Shown here piece after piece: positions 59,057 through 64,000 of a DNA stretch of 64,000 nucleotides (positions within the stretch are counted from its first letter, which is position 1; the number at the start of each line of letters is the position of its first letter). The notes under the pieces were generated by a model. That model did not search any database, was not told the DNA's origin, and worked only from the letters and a program-made list of their open reading frames with translations. The translations under genes and the position numbers were made by a program. The stretch lies in sequence record NC_048016.1. The stretch is one strand, 5' to 3'.

Positions 59057-59079
59057 AGGGGAACCTCTAACTTTTTACG

Positions 59080-59099
59080 GATAGATATTATAAATGTGA
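59080..59099 (+). promoter_or_regulatory. Class 1 (early-type) phage promoter
   Basis: GATAGATATTAT-aaat-GTGA. Confidence 0.7.
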
Positions 59100-59142
59100 T
59101 AGTATACACCTATAAATCTTTTTAAATCATAAGGAGTTATCA

Positions 59143-60279
59143 ATGTCTGGTGAACTACTGCGCAAGGTCGACTGGTTCGACCAGATGCGAAAACAAGAAA
59201 TAAAACCCGAAGAGCAAGTTAAGCTCTGGATTCAACCTCATGGGTGCCTGTGCGAAATTCGTGAAGTCGCAGGCCTGCCGGTCTTAGTGAACGGCGAGCA
59301 CCACGTACTGAACTCAACCTTTGCACGCACGTTGTTTGATGCGGGCATTGTCGGTCATGTGATCATTCACACAACCGAGAGTATTCCACAAAACACCGCG
59401 AAGTGGTTAACGTGGTGGTTGAGTGGAGATCCAGCAATGGACGATGAGAAGGTCCGTACCATTACGGTTTACACCTTTAGCCGTCGACCGAAAATGGCAT
59501 TGCCGTTTAAAGTCGAAGTGGTGGAACCGATTCTGCTACAAGCCAGTAACGTCAAATCCACCGTTGGGATGCAATCCCGTAACCTTCAGGTTTCGCTCTT
59601 CGTCGTAGAGCGAGCCAACGGGAAGCGGTACAGTCTCGAGCCGCAGCGTTATGTCACCTGCACAATCCTTGCCTGCACACAGCATGGCTATGTCTTGTGC
59701 TCGGACAATAACAACGTGTTCTTGGCTGATAAAATTTCCCGACATGTCCAGGCGCAATTGCAGAACGCAAAGTTACGTACGGATGATTTAGTCGGGACGC
59801 GTGTGAAAGTCCAGTTCACGATGTACACTGATGGTCAACGGCTTTGCAACTACAAGAACCCGATTGTGCATCGAAGTAGTGCCCTCGACGACATGGGTGC
59901 TCTCAGCAACCCGGCATACGATGGCCCGTATCTCTTTAAGCCATCCACACAACCCCGCAGCGCAATGCTCACGTCGACGCGCTGTACCCGTGCACGGATT
60001 ACCCTCGAGAACGAGGTAATTTGTGGCCGTGATGCCGAATCTGGCGCTATCCTATTCACATTCCGCAAGGGAGTAGAACCCGGTGTATATGGGGCGGAAA
60101 TGGGAATCGGTGGTCAGGTCGAACACTGGCGATTTGAATCTCCCTACTCTGTTGACGCATTAGACCCGAATGGTTTTGTGCGTGTGCTCGAACCGTTGAT
60201 TTACTTTGCAACGGGGTACAGCCTTCAGCGTATTGGACTGCACTTCGCCGACCACACAAAGCAGTCTCTCATTGCATAG
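59143..60279 (+). CDS. Hypothetical protein; possible degenerate ATP-dependent ligase fold
   Basis: 378 aa, AAGGAG RBS; segment resembling the ligase OB domain (LVGTRVKVQFTMYTDGQ...KNPIV). Confidence 0.6.
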   Translation: MSGELLRKVDWFDQMRKQEIKPEEQVKLWIQPHGCLCEIREVAGLPVLVNGEHHVLNSTFARTLFDAGIVGHVIIHTTESIPQNTAKWLTWWLSGDPAMDDEKVRTITVYTFSRRPKMALPFKVEVVEPILLQASNVKSTVGMQSRNLQVSLFVVERANGKRYSLEPQRYVTCTILACTQHGYVLCSDNNNVFLADKISRHVQAQLQNAKLRTDDLVGTRVKVQFTMYTDGQRLCNYKNPIVHRSSALDDMGALSNPAYDGPYLFKPSTQPRSAMLTSTRCTRARITLENEVICGRDAESGAILFTFRKGVEPGVYGAEMGIGGQVEHWRFESPYSVDALDPNGFVRVLEPLIYFATGYSLQRIGLHFADHTKQSLIA

Positions 60280-60290
60280 AGGATTTTAAC

Positions 60291-60794
60291 ATGCTAACCG
60301 CAACACCAACGATGAGGCCCGCAGTAAACATCGTCTGCCAAGACCGCAGACTGGTGGAACTTTGCGACCAGTACATCATCACTGCCATTCTCAACCACCA
60401 CCCGCATGTCTATTTCGACGGTCCTCAGCTGCTGGCTGCAGCAGCGGTACTCCGTCGACTCGAGGGTCGTCTGACCATCGTGGAGTTCTGCGACTTCATG
60501 GACAACCAGCCGGACATCATGGCTGGATTAGTTGCGCTGACGCAAGACGGCGTGGGTTCGTTTGACAACGGTATCGGAAACTTCCTGGACTTCAGTTCCG
60601 GCTTTGAGGGTGGCATGATGTTCATCACCAAAGAGCGTTTCGATGCTGTCTGGCAGTTCCTGATGATGCGTGGCGTGAACGTTCCCTACCAGCTGAGTAT
60701 GTTCAGCCATTGGGACATGAACATCATGGGCGAAGCAGGGATTTGGGTCAAACCGATTCAGCTGGCACTGGATGGCAACACCATCCACGCCTAA
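60291..60794 (+). CDS. Hypothetical protein
   Basis: 167 aa, AGAGGA RBS. Confidence 0.75.
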   Translation: MLTATPTMRPAVNIVCQDRRLVELCDQYIITAILNHHPHVYFDGPQLLAAAAVLRRLEGRLTIVEFCDFMDNQPDIMAGLVALTQDGVGSFDNGIGNFLDFSSGFEGGMMFITKERFDAVWQFLMMRGVNVPYQLSMFSHWDMNIMGEAGIWVKPIQLALDGNTIHA

Positions 60795-60806
60795 GATCGT
60801 ATCAGG

Positions 60807-60877
60807 GGTCGGTGTGTCTTTACGAGCACCGACCATCCTTTTCCACCCATAGGGTGGAACTCATTTCTTTTTTTTTT
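60807..60877 (+). terminator. Tandem hairpins with intrinsic terminator
   Basis: GGTCGGTG/CACCGACC then TTCCACCC-ATA-GGGTGGAA and long T tract. Confidence 0.75.
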
Positions 60878-61178
60878 GCCTCGGCCCCTAGTGGGACTAA
60901 GAATTGGTCACTTTTTAACCAACCGTTTGACCCTTTCAAAAAGCTTGCTGAAAAGCATTCTAAGCGTTTACAATCAAACCCGGTACATTCGGGTGGCTTA
61001 AGGGGAGAACGTTTACCACAGGGGCGTACAGTGCGTTTTAACAGGGGTTGGGGACGAAGTTTGCCGGGGGGATTTGGGAATCGCGAAATCGCCGGGGTGC
61101 GAAATCCCGTTTGGCCGACGCCGCCGCGCCGATCAAAAATACACTAGCGCTTGCGCGATTTAGGGGGATTTAAAATGG

Positions 61179-61506
61179 CTTAGCCTTGAGAGACGAAATC
61201 TCTTGAGTCTCTCTGCTAAGTGTTTGTTTTCCTTGGAAATTCTATTTATCTAATTCTAAAAAATACTTATAAATCAATTACTTATTACCTCTTTAAAAAA
61301 TACTTTTAAAAACAACAAGTTACGATCCTAAGTGATCCCTTCTATATACGCGTGCGCGTACGCACGCCATTTCCTACAGGGATCTTTTTGTTTTATATAA
61401 TAAATATTATTTAATTATATTTATATAATTATAATAATAGATCATTATACCGCGCCCCCGCGCGTGCGTGATCTTTATTAAGAGATTTTATTTGGCAAGG
61501 GGTGAT
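61179..61506. other. Putative replication origin / genome-end control region
   Basis: 49-bp A/T-only core (61391-61439), six GATC sites, flanking GC-rich inverted boxes, TAAAAAATACTT twice, imperfect palindrome 61179-61220. Confidence 0.45.
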
Positions 61507-61509
61507 CGC

Positions 61510-62260
61510 GGGGTGAAAACCCCCTGTCGAGTTTTTTACAGGGTTGCGTAGTATTCTATGCAATTGCGATGTTCTGCCAAAACATCCAGAGAGACTTCCG
61601 CACCCAACCGACTGGTCATCGTGGGGTGCTTGCCGTAGGACTTGACCCCAGCCTCTGTCCGAGTTTGGCGGTGGGTGTCACAGCCCACCGAACTTTTCAA
61701 AACGCCTGAGTTATTACCTATGGCAAAACGCATTCGGTTTCACGAGCAATCGGGGAACGTAACCAGACTAGCCAGCCAGCTAGTAATCTTCGACCGGGCA
61801 TCGACCCAGCGAAGGCCCACACTCGGATTCCGGTTCGAGTGGCAGTACCAGTTGCTTGCCCCCTTACGCGGGGGCTCTTTTTCGAATGCCTTCTGACGAG
61901 GACATTGGAAAACGGTGCAACACGACTTCGCCTACGGGCAGAGTTCAGGTTCCTGTCTTACCCACCGTCGCCGTTAAGCTGAGCGGCACGCGGTGGCGGT
62001 TTAGGGTTGCGGTCAATCCGCATTCTGAAATCTTGACGGGTACCGTGGCAGTCTTGGGAGTGAGCGAGGTCGGCGCGCAGATTACGACTGCGTTCGGCAC
62101 CTGCCAGCTGGTTGCACAGCTGCGATGGGTGGCTGGCCTGCTCCCCCAAGATGTGGCCAAGAGCATGGTGTGTCTTCTGAGGGGGAGGGCACCAGTCTGA
62201 AGATGGTCTAGGTTGATCCCCGAAAAGACGTAGCCTACGTCCTGACCAATCTTTTTTTTC
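61510..62260 (+). ncRNA. Large structured non-coding RNA region (possibly two RNAs; 3' part partly group-I-like)
   Basis: No credible ORF; continuous stems with G-U pairs, GAAA and cUACGg tetraloops, and long-range pairings. Confidence 0.5.
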
Positions 62261-62285
62261 TTTAGGCAAAACGTAGTGAGGCGCT

Positions 62286-62795
62286 ATGTTTACCAAAGAG
62301 TATCTGGATTCTCTACCAAAGAGAATTCCCATTGAAGAGCGGTTAGCTTCGAAAACCAAGGTTACAGAATCTGGTTGTCATGAGTATGACGGCGTGAAGG
62401 ACCGATGTGGGTACGGCCGATTTAAAATTGGCAAGCACTCACTCGGTGCGCACAAGGTCAGTTATTTGACCCGCGTTGGTGATTACGACCAGAATCTCGA
62501 GTTGATGCACAGTTGCGATAATCCCGCCTGTATCAACGTCGACCATCTCACACCTGCTACTCACCAAGAGAACATGCAGGATTGTGTCGATAAGGGACGC
62601 CACACCTCCCAGCATCTTGACTCGCCGAGACAAGCAGCAATCGAATCAGGGATGGAGTTGTATTACGGCAGTGTCTGTGAGATTCACGGCTATGACCTTC
62701 GCTCCGTTAAGAATGGGGCCTGTGTCTTTTGTCGCGATGATTACAATGCCAAGAAACGAGAGCAGCGTAGAGTGGCTCGTGAGAGTGCCGCCTAG
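62286..62795 (+). CDS. HNH homing endonuclease with C-terminal Cys/His zinc-binding motif
   Basis: GYGRF...AHKVSY...LMHSCDNPACINVDHL...HQENMQD; CEIH...CVFC; GAGG RBS. Confidence 0.9.
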   Translation: MFTKEYLDSLPKRIPIEERLASKTKVTESGCHEYDGVKDRCGYGRFKIGKHSLGAHKVSYLTRVGDYDQNLELMHSCDNPACINVDHLTPATHQENMQDCVDKGRHTSQHLDSPRQAAIESGMELYYGSVCEIHGYDLRSVKNGACVFCRDDYNAKKREQRRVARESAA

Positions 62796-62890
62796 GGGCG
62801 GTAGGCTTGAAAAGGGGTGATCCTTTTATCTTGGCGGCTCGGAAAGACGAGAGGGGTGGGTGTCCACGCTGAGAAGCGTCGGCACCTAGC
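62796..62890 (+). ncRNA. Structured element 3' of the HNH ORF
   Basis: Three hairpins, including GGUGUC-C-ACGCU-GAGA-AGCGU-C-GGCACC (GNRA loop). Confidence 0.4.
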
Positions 62891-62896
62891 TGATAT

Positions 62897-62921
62897 TTTT
62901 ACGGGTTAGTTCCTCCCTGTG
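62897..62921 (+). promoter_or_regulatory. Class 2 phage promoter variant (TTTTAC-N15-TGTG)
   Basis: Same spacing as the exact copies. Confidence 0.45.
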
Positions 62922-62943
62922 TATAAAACTCAAGGAGCTAATC

Positions 62944-63681
62944 ATGATTGACCGAAGCAAACTCAACACGAACTTGTCACTGAGTCGCGTTATCGACATC
63001 CTCGGCACACCCGTGTGGCTGATGAGCAAAGATTCATCAGTTCTCAAACAGCTCGATGAAGCGGTGTCCAAAGTCTATCTGGGTCATCACCATAGCCCAT
63101 CGCTGGCTGAACCTTCTCGCTGGCTGACCATTGCGGCGGGTGGTGCCGGAAAAGACGTGTGTATCGCCCAAGGTAAGGGCGACAAACGCAGCGATGTCGA
63201 AATCTACAATGCGCTGTTTGCTAGCGCGTTGACTACCGTGATGCTTCGCATAGCGCGCGACAGTCCGATACATGAACCGCGTGCAGCACGTCCGTTGTGG
63301 GACTTTGTGCCAAAGCGTAATCCAGCTGAATGCGATATTGTGGTTGATGGTGAAGTTATGCCCATCGCCCCCTTCGTCGAATGGATTTGTTCGGTCGACG
63401 ACGAATACCACAACCAGTACGCAGCTCTCCTCGAGCGGGATTTTGAATCACTGCAGTTCATGCGCTTCCCGAACAACGCGGCGGTTGCAGTTGTCGGTAA
63501 ACTCAATCCCAAAGCCGGCGGGTACTGTGTTCCAGTTTGCGTGACGTATTACGAAGGCGTCAACGGTACACTCAAGGCGATTTACGAAGTCATCCGCGTT
63601 TACCACAAATCCACGACACGGACGAACACCTTCGACTACCTCACGTCGATTAACCCGAGCGTGGATGAGTCTGCCCGCTAA
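62944..63681 (+). CDS. Hypothetical protein
   Basis: 245 aa, AAGGAG RBS. Confidence 0.8.
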   Translation: MIDRSKLNTNLSLSRVIDILGTPVWLMSKDSSVLKQLDEAVSKVYLGHHHSPSLAEPSRWLTIAAGGAGKDVCIAQGKGDKRSDVEIYNALFASALTTVMLRIARDSPIHEPRAARPLWDFVPKRNPAECDIVVDGEVMPIAPFVEWICSVDDEYHNQYAALLERDFESLQFMRFPNNAAVAVVGKLNPKAGGYCVPVCVTYYEGVNGTLKAIYEVIRVYHKSTTRTNTFDYLTSINPSVDESAR

Positions 63682-63684
63682 TCT

Positions 63685-63709
63685 TTTTACAGACAGTCGC
63701 TGAGATATG
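63685..63709 (+). promoter_or_regulatory. Class 2 phage promoter (TTTTAC-N15-TATG)
   Basis: Exact motif. Confidence 0.6.
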
Positions 63710-63725
63710 CGAAAGGAGTATCACC

Positions 63726-63926
63726 GTGGCAAAGACTGACATGGTTTTCATCCATGACGAGAAAACCAACCGTCGGTACATCAAACGCGGTGGTGCTCGT
63801 CTGTGCTTAGACACTGAACCTGACCAAGGTGCAGCGCTCTACGCAACGTTTGCAAATGTCACGCCGAAGTCAACCGGCACGATACCGATTATCCTCAAGC
63901 CGAAGAAACGCGGTAAGAGCAAATAA
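63726..63926 (+). CDS. Small basic protein
   Basis: 66 aa, GTG start after AAGGAG; KPKKRGKSK tail. Confidence 0.7.
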   Translation: MAKTDMVFIHDEKTNRRYIKRGGARLCLDTEPDQGAALYATFANVTPKSTGTIPIILKPKKRGKSK

Positions 63927-64000
63927 AATTTAGCCTGCAAGTTCACTGTAATCCAAAAGCACATTGTCCACTCGGACGTAAAATCGCTTAGGAGAACACC

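Noticed and set aside
61748-61795. td-intron-like P4-P5 (AATCGGGGAAC...AATCTTCG) as the core of a canonical intron
   Set aside because: No compatible P3 or P6 partner connects it to the P7-like pair at 62084/62193, and a terminator-like hairpin lies between them; kept only as part of the upstream ncRNA candidate
61826-61850. tRNA/tmRNA-like 3' end (GGTTCGAGT...ACCA)
   Set aside because: Only 10 nt follow the T-loop-like sequence instead of 16, with no T-stem or acceptor pairing
61893-61912. Hammerhead-like CTGACGA...GAAA
   Set aside because: Stem II cannot form (no C before GAAA to pair with G10.1), and no matching stems I and III were found
61905-61945. RNase P-like GGTGCAACA segment
   Set aside because: The universally conserved GAGGAAAGUCC and ACAGAA...GCUUA elements are absent
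60710-62359. Track ORFs 60710-61147, 61642-61896, 61856-62200 and 61958-62359
   Set aside because: No clear RBS, atypical composition, and they overlap terminators and structured stems; likely spurious
62286-62795. HNH as an IscB/HEARO-type RNA-guided nuclease
   Set aside because: Only 169 aa, with no PLMP, RuvC or bridge-helix motifs; it looks like a conventional phage HNH homing endonuclease
1-64000. CRISPR array, tRNA genes, transposase or reverse transcriptase
   Set aside because: No regularly spaced direct repeats, cloverleafs, DDE transposase or RT motifs were seen by eye; tRNAscan-SE and CRISPRCasFinder would be decisive

Overview
A 64-kb segment of a nucleus-forming jumbo myovirus (phiKZ-related, Chimalliviridae). 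Gene order and protein motifs match my recollection of Salmonella phage SPN3US gp~200-264 and the start of the genome; no search was run. Core genes seen: RNase H, UvsX/RecA, four split virion RNA polymerase subunits, thymidylate synthase, a 2434-aa tape measure with a lytic transglycosylase, prohead protease (H77/S153, AQE-203), tail tube and sheath, baseplate proteins and large terminase. The accessory region holds a tandem run of divergent acidic helical proteins and a nucleotide-enzyme cluster: NADAR-like, CYTH-like, MazG with an apparently dead MazG paralog, HAD 5'-nucleotidase and an HD hydrolase. Two phage promoter classes can be read directly (GATAGATATTAT-N4-GTGA, 5 copies; TTTTAC-N15-[TA][AG]TG, 6 copies), along with many intrinsic terminators. 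The most unusual region is 60.8-62.9 kb. It has an origin-like element (49-bp pure A/T core, six GATC sites, oriC-13-mer-like boxes, G-tracts), then about 750 nt of densely structured non-coding sequence whose 3' half has partly group-I-like pairings, then an HNH endonuclease ORF with more structured RNA behind it. No tRNA or CRISPR array was found.
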